A stretch of 64,000 nt of DNA from Polyangiaceae bacterium (GTDB lineage: Bacteria > Myxococcota_A > Polyangia > Polyangiales > Polyangiaceae), in NCBI GenBank assembly GCA_965222375.1, contig CBDCTZ010000014.1, forward strand, positions 32,001 to 96,000, written 5' to 3'. A program made the position numbers and the translations under genes. Below, piece by piece: positions 1-9,739 of this stretch. Positions within the stretch are counted from its first letter, which is position 1. Each line of letters opens with the position of its first letter. Under the pieces are notes generated by a model. That model made no database searches, had not been told where the DNA came from, and worked only from the letters and a program-made list of their open reading frames with translations.

Positions 1-597
1 GGCCTGCCGTTTCGTTGGACGGCGGCAACTGGCCCCGAAACGATCGGATCAGAGAGTGGCACCGTGTACGCCGTCAGCGATGACGGAGCGGTCAGTGTCG
101 GCATCTGCCCCACTCAGGCAGGCGTGGCTCGCGCGTGCAGGTGGACCAATTCGGTGAAGCAGCAGCTACAGGCCGGCGCGGGCCCATTCCCACACGATTT
201 CGCTGCGGGAGTCAGCGCAGACGGAAAGGTGGCTGTCGGTAGCGCTAACACATCGGACGGCGTCACCGAAGCAGTGTGGTGGGACGAGAGCGGGAATCTT
301 CATGCAATTGGTACGCTTGGGTCCAAGTTCACCCAAGCACTCGCGGCCAGCGCGGATGGCCAAATTATTGTAGGTAAGAGCTGTCCCAGTCCGTCGTCCT
401 GCGAATCCCACGGCCACGGTTTCGTTTGGGACGCTACAAACGGAATGCGGACACTCGAGCAGGTCTTGAAGGCGAGCGGGATAGAGCTTGGTCGCTTCGG
501 CCCGGCTGCTGACGTTTCCGCCGACGGAAGCGTTGTCGTTGGGCGCACGGAACTCTTCAAGAGTCAGGTCGGTTATCGCGTCGCTATTCCCAAGTAG
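1..597 (+). CDS. Extracellular HAF-repeat-like (beta-propeller) protein, 5' end outside window
   Basis: Frame open from base 1; repeated A.GVSADG.V.VG / A.AASADG.IIVG units and GFVWDATNGM..L motif. Confidence 0.7.
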   Translation, partial: GLPFRWTAATGPETIGSESGTVYAVSDDGAVSVGICPTQAGVARACRWTNSVKQQLQAGAGPFPHDFAAGVSADGKVAVGSANTSDGVTEAVWWDESGNLHAIGTLGSKFTQALAASADGQIIVGKSCPSPSSCESHGHGFVWDATNGMRTLEQVLKASGIELGRFGPAADVSADGSVVVGRTELFKSQVGYRVAIPK

Positions 598-646
598 ATA
601 CCCGACGGGGGAGCAGCCGTCTTCGCGTAGTGCGTGAAGCTGCGAA

Positions 647-724
647 CTAGCTCGACTTCTTCACCACCTCAACAACGCTCATCACGGCTTCAGCGCTCTA
701 CTCGCCCTCGAGGTACGCTGCGCA
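647..724 (-). pseudogene. Relic second copy of mdh 3' end with internal deletion
   Basis: 647-699 matches 888-940 at 45/53 nt; 699-722 matches 1048-1071 at 21/24 nt; reads AAYLEGE*SAEAVMSVVEVVKKSS*. Confidence 0.85.
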
Positions 725-837
725 GGCCGACACTCGGCAACAAGAGTCCGACACGCGCACCATCGACGCGCCCCCAAACCCAACAAAACAGAACGTAGAA
801 ACGGCCGTCCCCAACTTGGAAACGGCCGCTGTCGCGT

Positions 838-865
838 GGGTCACCTTCGCTAGCGAAGGTGACCC
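838..865. terminator. Perfect 28-bp palindrome downstream of mdh, probable terminator or stability hairpin
   Basis: gggtcaccttcgctagcgaaggtgaccc is its own reverse complement; 22 nt past the mdh stop. Confidence 0.55.
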
Positions 866-887
866 GTGTGTCGCGCAAAACTCGTCT

Positions 888-1826
888 CTACGACGACTTC
901 TTCACCACCTCGACAACGCTCATCACGCTCTCGGCGCTCTTCTTCAAGTTGCTCTTCTCGTCTTCGGTGAGATCGATCTGGACGATCTTCTCGACGCCGC
1001 CGGCGCCGATGACGCACGGGACGCCCATGAAGAAGTCTTTGTAGCCGTATTCGCCTTCGAGGTACGCGGCGGCGGGGAGGAGGCGCTTTTGGTCGTAGAG
1101 GTACGCTTCGGCCATGGCGATGGCTGCGGCTGCGGGGGCGTAGTAGGCGCTGGTGCCCATGAGGCCGACGATTTCGCCGCCGCCTTTGCGGGTGCGGGTG
1201 ATGATGGCGTCGAGTTTGTCCTTTTCGATCAGCTGGGAGAGGGGGACGCCGTCGATGGTGCAGGCGCTGAGGACGGGGACCATGGTGTCGCCGTGGCCTC
1301 CTAGGACCATGGTGCGGATGTCTTTGACGCTGGCGCCGAGCTCGCGGGCTAGGAACAGGCTGAAGCGGGCGCTGTCGAGGACGCCGGCCATGCCGACGAC
1401 TTGGCTCTTGGGCTTGCCGGTTTTGCGCATCAGCTCGTAGACCATGGCGTCCAGCGGGTTGCTGATCACGATGGCGAAGGCATCGGGGCAGTGCTTCTTC
1501 ATGTTGTCCGCAACGTCGCGGATGATGGGCAGGTTGATGCCGACGAGGTCATCCCGGCTCTGGCCGGGCTTGCGGGGAATGCCCGCGGTGATGATCAGGA
1601 CGTCGGAGCCGGCGCAGTCGGCCCAGTTGCTGCTGCCGACTACGTTGGCGTCAGCGCCGGATTGGGTGCTGGCTTGCTCGAGGTCGAGAGCTTTGCCCTT
1701 GGCGAAGTCCTCTTTCGGCTTGATGTCGAAGAGCACGACGTCGCCCAGTTGCTTCAACACACATAGGTTGGCCAGCTCGCCACCGATGTTGCCTGCGCCA
1801 ATCAGCGAAATTTTCTTGCGTGCCAT
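888..1826 (-). CDS. mdh: Malate dehydrogenase (LDH-like)
   Basis: GAGNIG Rossmann motif, TAGIPRKPGQSRDDL, SNPLDAM, LDSARF, LGGHGD. Confidence 0.97.
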   Translation of the reverse strand: MARKKISLIGAGNIGGELANLCVLKQLGDVVLFDIKPKEDFAKGKALDLEQASTQSGADANVVGSSNWADCAGSDVLIITAGIPRKPGQSRDDLVGINLPIIRDVADNMKKHCPDAFAIVISNPLDAMVYELMRKTGKPKSQVVGMAGVLDSARFSLFLARELGASVKDIRTMVLGGHGDTMVPVLSACTIDGVPLSQLIEKDKLDAIITRTRKGGGEIVGLMGTSAYYAPAAAAIAMAEAYLYDQKRLLPAAAYLEGEYGYKDFFMGVPCVIGAGGVEKIVQIDLTEDEKSNLKKSAESVMSVVEVVKKSS

Positions 1827-1843
1827 GTTAGGCCACCTTTCTT

Positions 1844-1924
1844 TTTCGGGGCGGTCCCGCGAAGCATCGCGCGGCCGTATCGTTTTCGTTGTTTCGGGCG
1901 GTCCCGCGAAGCATCGCGCGGCCG
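1844..1924. repeat. Two ~33-bp direct repeats, each able to form a hairpin, in the mdh leader
   Basis: tttcg(g)ggcggtcccgcgaagcatcgcgcggccg at 1844-1877 and 1892-1924. Confidence 0.85.
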
Positions 1925-2108
1925 CTCACGCTCCCGACAGCGGGGGAAGTGCGCCCGGGGGCGGCACGCCCGAGGGAGTAGATCAGCCCCCGAGGGTCTG
2001 CAACTCGGGCATGATTTCCCCCACTTTGGGCCCCGCAGGAAGTGCGCCGCAATCGAAACGAGCGGCGGAGTTTCGTAGGCTCAGCGCGCTAGCTGACGAC
2101 GCGGACGC

Positions 2109-3173
2109 TCAAGAGCAGGTGCCGCCCTGACAAGTCTTTTGACCCTTGCACACGTTGCCGCAGAAGCCGCAGTTGTTCGAGTCCGTCGACGTGTTGATGC
2201 ACACGCTGCCGCTACCAGGGCACAGTTTTGTGCCGGTCTTGCACACGCAATTGCCTTGGGAGCACATCCTGTCCGCGGCGCACACCTTGCCGCAAGCGCC
2301 ACAGTTGGTGCTCGTGCCCAGGCTGGTGCAGACGCCACCGCACTCCGACTGGTGCGAGGCGCACTTGCAGGTGCCGCCGTAGCACTGTTTGCCACCGGTG
2401 CAGACTTTGCCGCAGCCGCCGCAGTTGGCCTCGTCGGTCCAGGTGTCGACGCAGACGCTGCCGCACGTCATCTTGCCCGGCGAGCCACCGGGCGTGCACA
2501 CGCACTTGCCGTTGTCACACTTCAGGCCCGCGCCGCAGACCTTGCCACAGGCGCCGCAGTTGTTGTCGTTGTAGGACAGGCTGGTGCAGGAGCCCTTGAC
2601 GCATTCTGCTTCGCCCGGTCCGCAGGCGCACTTGCCGCCGATGCATGAGCCGTAGCAACAGCCGAAGCCCTTGGGGCAGGAGTCACCGAGCAGCCCACAG
2701 CAGCTGTCACCGTCGCATTTGCCGCTGCAGCAAATGCTCGCGGTCGAATGGGTGCACAGGTAGCCGGCTGGTGAACAGCTGGACGAACCTCCTGTGCCGC
2801 TAGCCGCGCCGGTGCCACTGGAGCCGCCGCTGGCGCCGGAGCCGCCCGTTGCGCCCGTGCCGCCGTTGGCGCCGGAGCCGCCCGTTGCGCCCGTGCCGCC
2901 GTTGGCGCCGGAGCCGCCCGTTGCGCCCGTGCCGCCGTTGGCGCCTGTGCCGGCTGATCCGCTGCTCGCCCCTGTGCCACTGCCCGCCGTGGCGCCGTTG
3001 CCCGCGGTTCCGCCATTGCCACCGGGTGTGCCAGCATTGCCGCCGTTTCCGGCAGCCGAACTGCCAGCTGCGGCGTCCCCGCTGCTACCAATATTCGCCG
3101 AGTCGTCACCCGAGCACGCGACCACCAGCGACAGCGCTCCCAGAGCCAATACCGCCGAACGCCAAAGCTTCAT
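2109..3173 (-). CDS. Cys-rich lipoprotein with Gly-rich linker and repeated D..NCG.CG.VC (Stig1-like) modules
   Basis: Lipobox VVAC; 36-bp tandem repeats (GGTGATGGSGAN) near 2825-2945; four NCGxCGxVC units. Confidence 0.85.
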   Translation of the reverse strand: MKLWRSAVLALGALSLVVACSGDDSANIGSSGDAAAGSSAAGNGGNAGTPGGNGGTAGNGATAGSGTGASSGSAGTGANGGTGATGGSGANGGTGATGGSGANGGTGATGGSGASGGSSGTGAASGTGGSSSCSPAGYLCTHSTASICCSGKCDGDSCCGLLGDSCPKGFGCCYGSCIGGKCACGPGEAECVKGSCTSLSYNDNNCGACGKVCGAGLKCDNGKCVCTPGGSPGKMTCGSVCVDTWTDEANCGGCGKVCTGGKQCYGGTCKCASHQSECGGVCTSLGTSTNCGACGKVCAADRMCSQGNCVCKTGTKLCPGSGSVCINTSTDSNNCGFCGNVCKGQKTCQGGTCS

Positions 3174-3232
3174 GTGTCGCAACATCCCAATTCACATTGA
3201 AGCTCGGACCGCCGCGCGGGGCAACCGTCCTG

Positions 3233-3248
3233 TGGCACGACGGTTGCT
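3233..3248 (+). promoter_or_regulatory. Sigma-54 -24/-12 promoter
   Basis: TGGCACgacggTTGCT matches TGGCAC-N5-TTGCW, about 50 nt upstream of the CDS at 3296. Confidence 0.65.
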
Positions 3249-3295
3249 TGAGGGGGGCTCCGACTTGATTTGGCACATCCTGGCACCGGCAAGGA

Positions 3296-4690
3296 ATGAG
3301 GGACATGAACGACTCCACACGACGACTGCGATTGAAACTGCTCACGGCTTTGGCCACCACGGGCATGGTGACCTCGGCCTGCGGAGGTTCCGTTGATGCT
3401 GGACTCACCGGTGGCACAGGTGGCCAGGGCGCGACAGGTGGATCGGTTACCGGTGGCACCGGGGGCAAGAGCACCGGAGGCACGGGTGGCACGAGTACCG
3501 GTGGCGTTGCCGGGCAGGGTGGCATCGGTGGCGATGCGGGCTTTGGCGGGATCGCTGGCTTTGGGGGCGACGCGGGCTTTGGGGGCACAGCGGGTATCGG
3601 TGGAGATGCGGGCTTCGGCGGTGTCGGCGGCGCTGGGGGCGATGGGCCCTTCATCAAGGGCACGGTCGAGTGTAGCTCGTGCTTCAACAGCAATTGGACG
3701 ACCTGTTGGAAGGCGGGCAAGGTTCCGGTGAATCCGAACACGCCGCCCCCCACGGGCGCGTGTCCATCGGGTTACGATATCAAGTGGGACGCCTATGAGC
3801 CGTGCAAGGACGGTTGGGGCGCCTACTATCAGAAAGATCCCGTCTTTGTGGACGGCTACTGCTGCTACGAAACCGGCCTGCAGTGCCCAGGTGGGCGTCC
3901 CTTCAAGGTGGACGGGGAACTTCGCGTGGCCGAGGTGTGCCAGCGCTACGATTGGAAGGGCGACCTGAACTCCGCTGCGGAGGTCCTCGACCCGACGACC
4001 GCGAAGGCGCTGACCAGCGCGTGGCTCGGCGACGCTCAGCTCGAGCATGCCTCGGTGGCCGCCTTTGCGCGGCTCACGCTGGAATTGATGGCTCTCGGTG
4101 CTCCCGCGTCCTTGGTGCGGGAGTCTCAGGCGGCCTCCATCGACGAGATCAAACACGCGGAGAACTGTTTCGCGCTGGCGTCGCGTTACGCCAAAGCCGA
4201 TCTGGGGCCGAGTCAGCTCTCTCTCGACGGCGTGATCGGCAACATCACGCTGGAACAGTTGGTGCGGACCACTTTCGAGGAGGGCTGCGTTGGGGAAACC
4301 TTGGCCGCGGTACAAGCTGCTGCCGCCTGGCGCGCGGCTGGCGACGAGACGACCCGCAATGTGCTCGAGGCCATCGAGCGAGAAGAGTCCGAGCATGCGG
4401 CCTTGGCGTTCCGCATTCTGCGCTGGGCCTTGGCGGTGGATCCCAGCTTGCGCGGGGTTGTCCGTGAGGAACTCGCGCTCGCTCGAGAGCGCGAGCAGCA
4501 TCTGGATCTGGTGCCCATGCCCGACGACGTCGATCTGGACGCCTGGCACCACCACGGTCGGCTCACGCCGTCGGAGTTGGTCGCCGCGCGCAGCAGCGCG
4601 TTCACCGAGGTGGTGGAGCCCTGTGTCAACACGCTCTTGGGCGAGCCCGACGCTGAGCAACGTGTCGCGCTCTCCGCCCTGGGTGCGTGA
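3296..4690 (+). CDS. Lipoprotein with C-terminal ferritin-like domain
   Basis: Signal peptide ending SAC, GGDAGF repeats, Cys-rich segment, then EHASVAAF, DEIKH, EGCVGET, EESEH carboxylate/His motifs. Confidence 0.85.
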   Translation: MRDMNDSTRRLRLKLLTALATTGMVTSACGGSVDAGLTGGTGGQGATGGSVTGGTGGKSTGGTGGTSTGGVAGQGGIGGDAGFGGIAGFGGDAGFGGTAGIGGDAGFGGVGGAGGDGPFIKGTVECSSCFNSNWTTCWKAGKVPVNPNTPPPTGACPSGYDIKWDAYEPCKDGWGAYYQKDPVFVDGYCCYETGLQCPGGRPFKVDGELRVAEVCQRYDWKGDLNSAAEVLDPTTAKALTSAWLGDAQLEHASVAAFARLTLELMALGAPASLVRESQAASIDEIKHAENCFALASRYAKADLGPSQLSLDGVIGNITLEQLVRTTFEEGCVGETLAAVQAAAAWRAAGDETTRNVLEAIEREESEHAALAFRILRWALAVDPSLRGVVREELALAREREQHLDLVPMPDDVDLDAWHHHGRLTPSELVAARSSAFTEVVEPCVNTLLGEPDAEQRVALSALGA

Positions 4691-4707
4691 GCGTCATAAA
4701 CAGCAGC

Positions 4708-5163
4708 TCACAACCGTGAGCCGCTCACGCTCGCCGGCACGGAGCAGGCGTTGTCAGCGCAGACAACGGACGCGGTGCCGCTGAAGCTCTGGCCTGCGCT
4801 GTCCAGGGTCACGTTGTAGCTCCCGCTCATGGACGTGCAGCCTTGCACCGGGTAACGCTCGCCCGAGTAGGTGATGGTGTGGCCGCTCATCGTGCCGGTG
4901 ACGGCGTTGCTGGCCCCACTGCGTTCGTCATAGAAGACGAGGGAATTTCCGGACTGGGACACGACGACCAAAGTCCAGCTGTCCGACGTGCCCACGGCCA
5001 CTCCGCAGGAGTTGCTGCCCGATACCGACTCAGTGACGGACCAACGCGAACCGGCCAAGTTGGTGAACGCAGGCGCACTCAGGGAACCGCCGCCTCCGCT
5101 GCCGCCGCCGCCGCAGCTTGTCAGGACGACCAACGACAACCCGAGAGTCAGGTGGCGCCACAT
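4708..5163 (-). CDS. Small beta-rich lipoprotein, unknown function
   Basis: MWRHLTLGLSLVVLTSC lipobox. Confidence 0.75.
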   Translation of the reverse strand: MWRHLTLGLSLVVLTSCGGGGSGGGGSLSAPAFTNLAGSRWSVTESVSGSNSCGVAVGTSDSWTLVVVSQSGNSLVFYDERSGASNAVTGTMSGHTITYSGERYPVQGCTSMSGSYNVTLDSAGQSFSGTASVVCADNACSVPASVSGSRL

Positions 5164-5371
5164 GTGGCGAAGGCTAGAGCAAGTGCGGAGGTCGTGCAAA
5201 CCTGTGGAACCCGCCCTCAAGTGCGGATGTCGTGCAAAGTCGCGGGACCCGCCGTCAGATAGGAATGGCTGGAATATCGTCTGGGTTTCATCCTCGGCGC
5301 AGTATGCCTGCACCAGGCATCTCGCGCCCGGTCACGTTTCGAGCCAGCTTGATCTTTCTTGATCTTGCGCG

Positions 5372-7168
5372 CTACCGGACCACGGGAGGCTCGTAGATCT
5401 TCTTCACCGCGGCACCACCAGCGAAGGAGTAGGCGTCAGCATTGGCGTAGCCGTAAGCCATGATGCTGAAGGGCGTGTCCCCCGCCAGGCGGTGCACGCC
5501 TGCACTGATCTTGCAGCGGCGTGACTCGTAGCTCTTGCCGTCGAGCTCACCCACGCTCGTGACCTTGCAGCCCGTGGGAGTCGCGCCGTCGACGGTGATG
5601 CTGCTGCCGGTCTCGGCGGCGATCACGACCCAGTTTTCCTTCCAGCCGGCCGGAGACAGAAACACGTAGTTCTTCTGCGCCTGCTCGACCGGGGGGAAGA
5701 TGGTGAAAGACGGGTCACCCTTGGGCACGCCTTGGATGTAGCCCTGGGAAACGAGGTATTGCCCGACCAAGACGGGTTTGTCCGAGGTGACGATGATGTC
5801 TTTCTGGGTCCAGGTTTCTTTGACTTCGCCGGGCTCGACCGTGAACTTGTCGTAGGGCGGAGGGAGCGTGGTGGTCACGTTGGCGGTCTCTGCGCCACCC
5901 ATGAAGCGCAGCACGTCGGGCTCCTCGTAGCTCAGGGTCGAGCGCACGGGGCTACGGGTGATGATGAACTTTTTGCCGATGGCCTCCAGTGGGAAGAGCT
6001 GCTCTTCGAGGTGTTGTAGGCAGCAGCCGCCGCCGTTCTTCTCGTCCCAGCCCGGGAACTTGGGCGCATCGAAGGGCACACCGACGCCGGAGGACTCGGT
6101 GCCGCTGAACACGGCTACAGGCTTGTCGGAGTCGACGACGGAGCCAGTGAAGTCGGAGCAGTAGGGCGCGTCCTGGTCGTTGAGACACTCGGCGAAGGTG
6201 GCGTCGTCGGTCTCGAGGTTCAACACGTCGAAGGGACCCAGCTCGACGTGGATCAATCCGCCAGGCTTGGTCGCTGCAATGGGTGGATTCCCCCGAACGC
6301 GCCAGTGCGGATACACGGTGACCTTGGTCTTCTCTTGGGTGCCGAGGATCGTGATGTACGCCCGCTCGATGAACGCGCCAGGGGCCGGGTAGGAGTGCGC
6401 CGCTGACCAACCCAGGACACGATACTTGGTACCGAGGGATGGCGTTGGAATCAGCAACGAGGCATCCGTCGAATAGCCGTGCACGAGATTATTGAACTGG
6501 TAGACGACGATGGGCTGAGTGCTTGATACGCGAAATGCACGGGAGGTGAGGCAGGTCCCTGGTGCGTCGTGGTCGTTGGGGAATGCACCACAGTCGATTT
6601 CGCGCGTTGGCATCGTCACTCGCGCCAGGTCGTCCGGGTTGATGGTCTCTTGCCAGACCTGCTTGGTCTGTAGGGGCTGTCCGGGTAGGGCGTCGTTTTG
6701 CTCGATGGTCACCACGGCTGGCGTTCCGCCAGCATTGGCGATCGCTAGCCCCCAATCGTAGGCCGCGGGATTCGTGATGAGGTCGGCTTGATCGAGGTCT
6801 ACCGCCCAGAACTCACAGCCGATGTTGGAAGGATCGCTTTCTGCTTTCTCGCAGCCACTCACGCAGAAACCTCGGTCGCAAACCAAACCAATGCCGGCGT
6901 TGCAGGTTTCGAGCAGTGCGCCCGGCTCGCCATTTTTGCAACTGTGGACCTCGTTGCCAACGCACATGGTTCCCTGAGCGGAGCACGGCGTGCATCCCAC
7001 GCAAGGAGAGCCGTCCACGATGGGTGCTCCGCCGGTCCCGCTGTCCATGCCAACCGCGGCGCCAGTGCCAGTGTTCTGACCCACGACACCTTCATTGGCA
7101 GAGCACGCTGCGGCGACACTTCCGCAGAGCGTAAACAACAGGCACAGCTTCAAGTACGCTTTCATCAT
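5372..7168 (-). CDS. IgGFc-binding-protein N-terminal-domain lipoprotein
   Basis: SNIGCEFWAVDLD, DASLLIP..SLG..Y, SDKPVAVFSG, HLEEQLFP, GDPS, YSFAGG motifs. Confidence 0.85.
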   Translation of the reverse strand: MMKAYLKLCLLFTLCGSVAAACSANEGVVGQNTGTGAAVGMDSGTGGAPIVDGSPCVGCTPCSAQGTMCVGNEVHSCKNGEPGALLETCNAGIGLVCDRGFCVSGCEKAESDPSNIGCEFWAVDLDQADLITNPAAYDWGLAIANAGGTPAVVTIEQNDALPGQPLQTKQVWQETINPDDLARVTMPTREIDCGAFPNDHDAPGTCLTSRAFRVSSTQPIVVYQFNNLVHGYSTDASLLIPTPSLGTKYRVLGWSAAHSYPAPGAFIERAYITILGTQEKTKVTVYPHWRVRGNPPIAATKPGGLIHVELGPFDVLNLETDDATFAECLNDQDAPYCSDFTGSVVDSDKPVAVFSGTESSGVGVPFDAPKFPGWDEKNGGGCCLQHLEEQLFPLEAIGKKFIITRSPVRSTLSYEEPDVLRFMGGAETANVTTTLPPPYDKFTVEPGEVKETWTQKDIIVTSDKPVLVGQYLVSQGYIQGVPKGDPSFTIFPPVEQAQKNYVFLSPAGWKENWVVIAAETGSSITVDGATPTGCKVTSVGELDGKSYESRRCKISAGVHRLAGDTPFSIMAYGYANADAYSFAGGAAVKKIYEPPVVR

Positions 7169-7274
7169 CGACGCTCCTCGAGGTGGCGGCAGCGTCGAAC
7201 CCTTCGGTCGCGCTCGCCCTCTTTGGAGTGCATGGCCGGTGAAGCGAAGTCTTTGCTGAGTTTTTTCCCTCGCA

Positions 7275-8072
7275 TCACTTTTCTTCTGGCTGTCCGATGG
7301 CACTCCGCACGCTGTCGGAGGCTGGACCCTTGGGAAAGCGTGACAGAAATGCCTGCCCTCGCGAGCGTGCGGCGGCGCTGCTTCCCATCCGAGACAGCGC
7401 TAGCACCGCAATCGCTTCTCGTTCCTGATACAGCAAGCCCCGCGCAAACTCCCGGTGCCCCGCTTCTGCAAGGGCGAGCGCTTTGGCTGGATTGGAGCCC
7501 AACGCGGCGCGCGCGGCCGCGAGTTGGGCGACCTCACGCTTGATGCGGTCCTTCTTGCTCTCCTTGGCGTCCGGTTTGTTTGTCGCGGCGCTTGGGGCGA
7601 CCCGTGGCCGAGGTTTGGCGGACGCTATGGGCTCAGGTGGCGGTGGCTCGGAGACCGTTTCTGGCTTTGCAGCCGACGGGACGGGTTTGGCCGGAGCCTT
7701 TGCCGCCGGCTGGGCCGCCGGTGGAGGCTGGTTTTTGACAGGTGGCGGCTTACGCAGCAGCAACGCGCCACCCACCGCGAGTGTGCCCGCAAGGGCAGTG
7801 CCCACAATCCACGCGCCGGCGCTGGATTTGCCGACGGCGGCGCCTTGTGCCGCTCCACCTACACCACCCTGGGCAGCCCCGCCCGCGCCACCATCTGTGG
7901 GCGGACTATCTGGTGGACCGCCGCCATCCGAAACGATGGCGGCATTGAGGCGTGCCAACCCAGCGGTCGTGTCCAGTGTGGGTGCTGGAGCATTCTTGGC
8001 CGACGCGAGAGCTTCGCGCAGCTTTGATTCGACCCCGGCGTCGTCCAGCAATCGCACCGGGTCGTCAGACAT
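7275..8072 (-). CDS. Probable membrane anti-sigma factor (one TM, Pro-rich linker, C-terminal TPR-like helices)
   Basis: Overlaps ECF stop; DPVRLL N-terminus, TM segment, ERE.IAV.AL...FL.RFP.GP tail. Confidence 0.7.
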   Translation of the reverse strand: MSDDPVRLLDDAGVESKLREALASAKNAPAPTLDTTAGLARLNAAIVSDGGGPPDSPPTDGGAGGAAQGGVGGAAQGAAVGKSSAGAWIVGTALAGTLAVGGALLLRKPPPVKNQPPPAAQPAAKAPAKPVPSAAKPETVSEPPPPEPIASAKPRPRVAPSAATNKPDAKESKKDRIKREVAQLAAARAALGSNPAKALALAEAGHREFARGLLYQEREAIAVLALSRMGSSAAARSRGQAFLSRFPKGPASDSVRSAIGQPEEK

Positions 8073-8610
8073 CGGTGTTCCTCGCAATCGGCGCAGGTGG
8101 GTCTTTCGTCAGGCGAGCGAACGCCGTTTTGAGCTCGCTCCGCGCCGCGTGAAGCCGCGAGTAAACCGTGGTCAGGGGCACACCCAAGCCCTCCGCGATG
8201 TCGGAGCACGGAATCGCGTCCAGTTCGAACAACACGAAGACGGCGCGCTTGTCCATATCTAGTTGCTGCAGTGCCTCATCGAGCCGCTCCACGAGTTGCC
8301 CCGCTGCGGCGCGCTCTGCCGGGTCGGTCTCAGCGCTCGCGACAGCTCCGATATCATCTTCGGGGGCCTCCGGACGACGCCGCTTGGTCCGGCGATGGGT
8401 GGACAGCACCTTCACGGCGATCTCCGCGAGCCAGGTGGTGGCTCGAGCAGGCCCTGGGTCGAACCCGCCGCGGCGATGGGCAGTGAGAAAGACGTCCTGG
8501 ACCAGGTCATCCACCTCCGCGCCCCGGGCGCCCAATCGCGCCAGAAAACGGGCCACGAACACGGCGTGGCGAACATATAGCTGCCCGGCATCCAGGTGGT
8601 CCTCCGTCAC
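8065..8610 (-). CDS. ECF sigma-70 factor
   Basis: DDLVQDVFL, TWL, RAVFVL.EL, IAE.LGVP..TVYSRLHAAR. Confidence 0.93.
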   Translation of the reverse strand: MTEDHLDAGQLYVRHAVFVARFLARLGARGAEVDDLVQDVFLTAHRRGGFDPGPARATTWLAEIAVKVLSTHRRTKRRRPEAPEDDIGAVASAETDPAERAAAGQLVERLDEALQQLDMDKRAVFVLFELDAIPCSDIAEGLGVPLTTVYSRLHAARSELKTAFARLTKDPPAPIARNTDV

Positions 8611-8677
8611 GGCTTTCGCTCATTCGAACAATACATGGCCGCCTCTCAACGATCTTTGGCGGAAATCGTACTCTCCC

Positions 8678-9682
8678 TCATTCGGGCAAGGTGACCCGGA
8701 CTCCAGCTAGGGCGCCGAGCCCAGCGGCAGGCACCTGCCGGGTCGCCAAATCATTGCCGCGCTCGTCGGTCACGCGGATCTTCGAGCGGATTAGAGGCAC
8801 GACGCCATCCAGTCCGGCGTTGACGGTCACGACGCTCCCCAGGGGAAGCAGCAGGTCGAGCCGCCCGATCACGGCGGTCCAGCGCAGCGCCACCCCAAAA
8901 TCTCGATCGAAGCCAAGGCCTTCCGCCACCACGTCGCCAGATGCGATCCCCGCACAGCTTCTGACCTGCAGCGGTGCAAGGGGCTGACGAAAGCAGCCGT
9001 CAAAGCGTATCGCGGCGAGGGACAGCTCGGCCTCGGAGTTTGCGATCTCGACGCTAGTCGGCGCGGTGACCATGGCGGCTGCGCGCACCTCCGGTCCTTT
9101 GGGCCAGCTCGCATCGATGCCTGCTAGTCCACCCAGAGACGGATCCGGCAGCAGCCGCAAGGCCCCGAACACCTCGGCGAAGGCGTGCACGCGGATGGGC
9201 TCGCGGGGCTTGGGGCGCGGCCTGAGTGTTGCGGGCGGCAGGGGACGCGGCACTCGGCGTATGGGCTTGGCCTCCGGTGGCGGCTGCGGCGGTGTCTCTG
9301 GCAGCTCAATGGGCTCTGGCTTCACGCCCAAGCTCTCGAGTAGGGCGTTGTCGATGGCGAGGGCGATTGACAGCGCAACGACCGCACGCTGGTCCGAGCA
9401 CTCCGCGGGTGGTTGGAGGAACTGGCGGAACGCAGCTGGCTTGTCGTCCTTGCGCAGCACGAAACTGATGTGGGTGGCGGGGTCGCCTTCGCTCTGGACC
9501 CGAATGCTGATGCGGTCGTCGACTTCGTCTTTCTCTAGCCAACCGGCAATCGCCTCGGAAAGCGCCGGTTTTGCTAGGCACGGGCTCGATCCGTCGACCT
9601 GAAGAGCATCGCGAATCGGGCGAGCCTCCACCGCGTGCGTGCATAGAAGGAATGCGAAAGTGACTGCGGCGGCGTGACGCAT
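8678..9682 (-). CDS. Secreted protein with probable C-terminal beta-barrel, ECF-associated
   Basis: Signal peptide, Cys pair, Pro-rich linker, alternating beta-strand C-terminal half. Confidence 0.7.
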   Translation of the reverse strand: MRHAAAVTFAFLLCTHAVEARPIRDALQVDGSSPCLAKPALSEAIAGWLEKDEVDDRISIRVQSEGDPATHISFVLRKDDKPAAFRQFLQPPAECSDQRAVVALSIALAIDNALLESLGVKPEPIELPETPPQPPPEAKPIRRVPRPLPPATLRPRPKPREPIRVHAFAEVFGALRLLPDPSLGGLAGIDASWPKGPEVRAAAMVTAPTSVEIANSEAELSLAAIRFDGCFRQPLAPLQVRSCAGIASGDVVAEGLGFDRDFGVALRWTAVIGRLDLLLPLGSVVTVNAGLDGVVPLIRSKIRVTDERGNDLATRQVPAAGLGALAGVRVTLPE

Positions 9683-9739
9683 TGCTAAGCGACTAGTCAA
9701 AAAGGGCGTCGGGGGCCCTGGTCGGTCATTGCACGAGCC

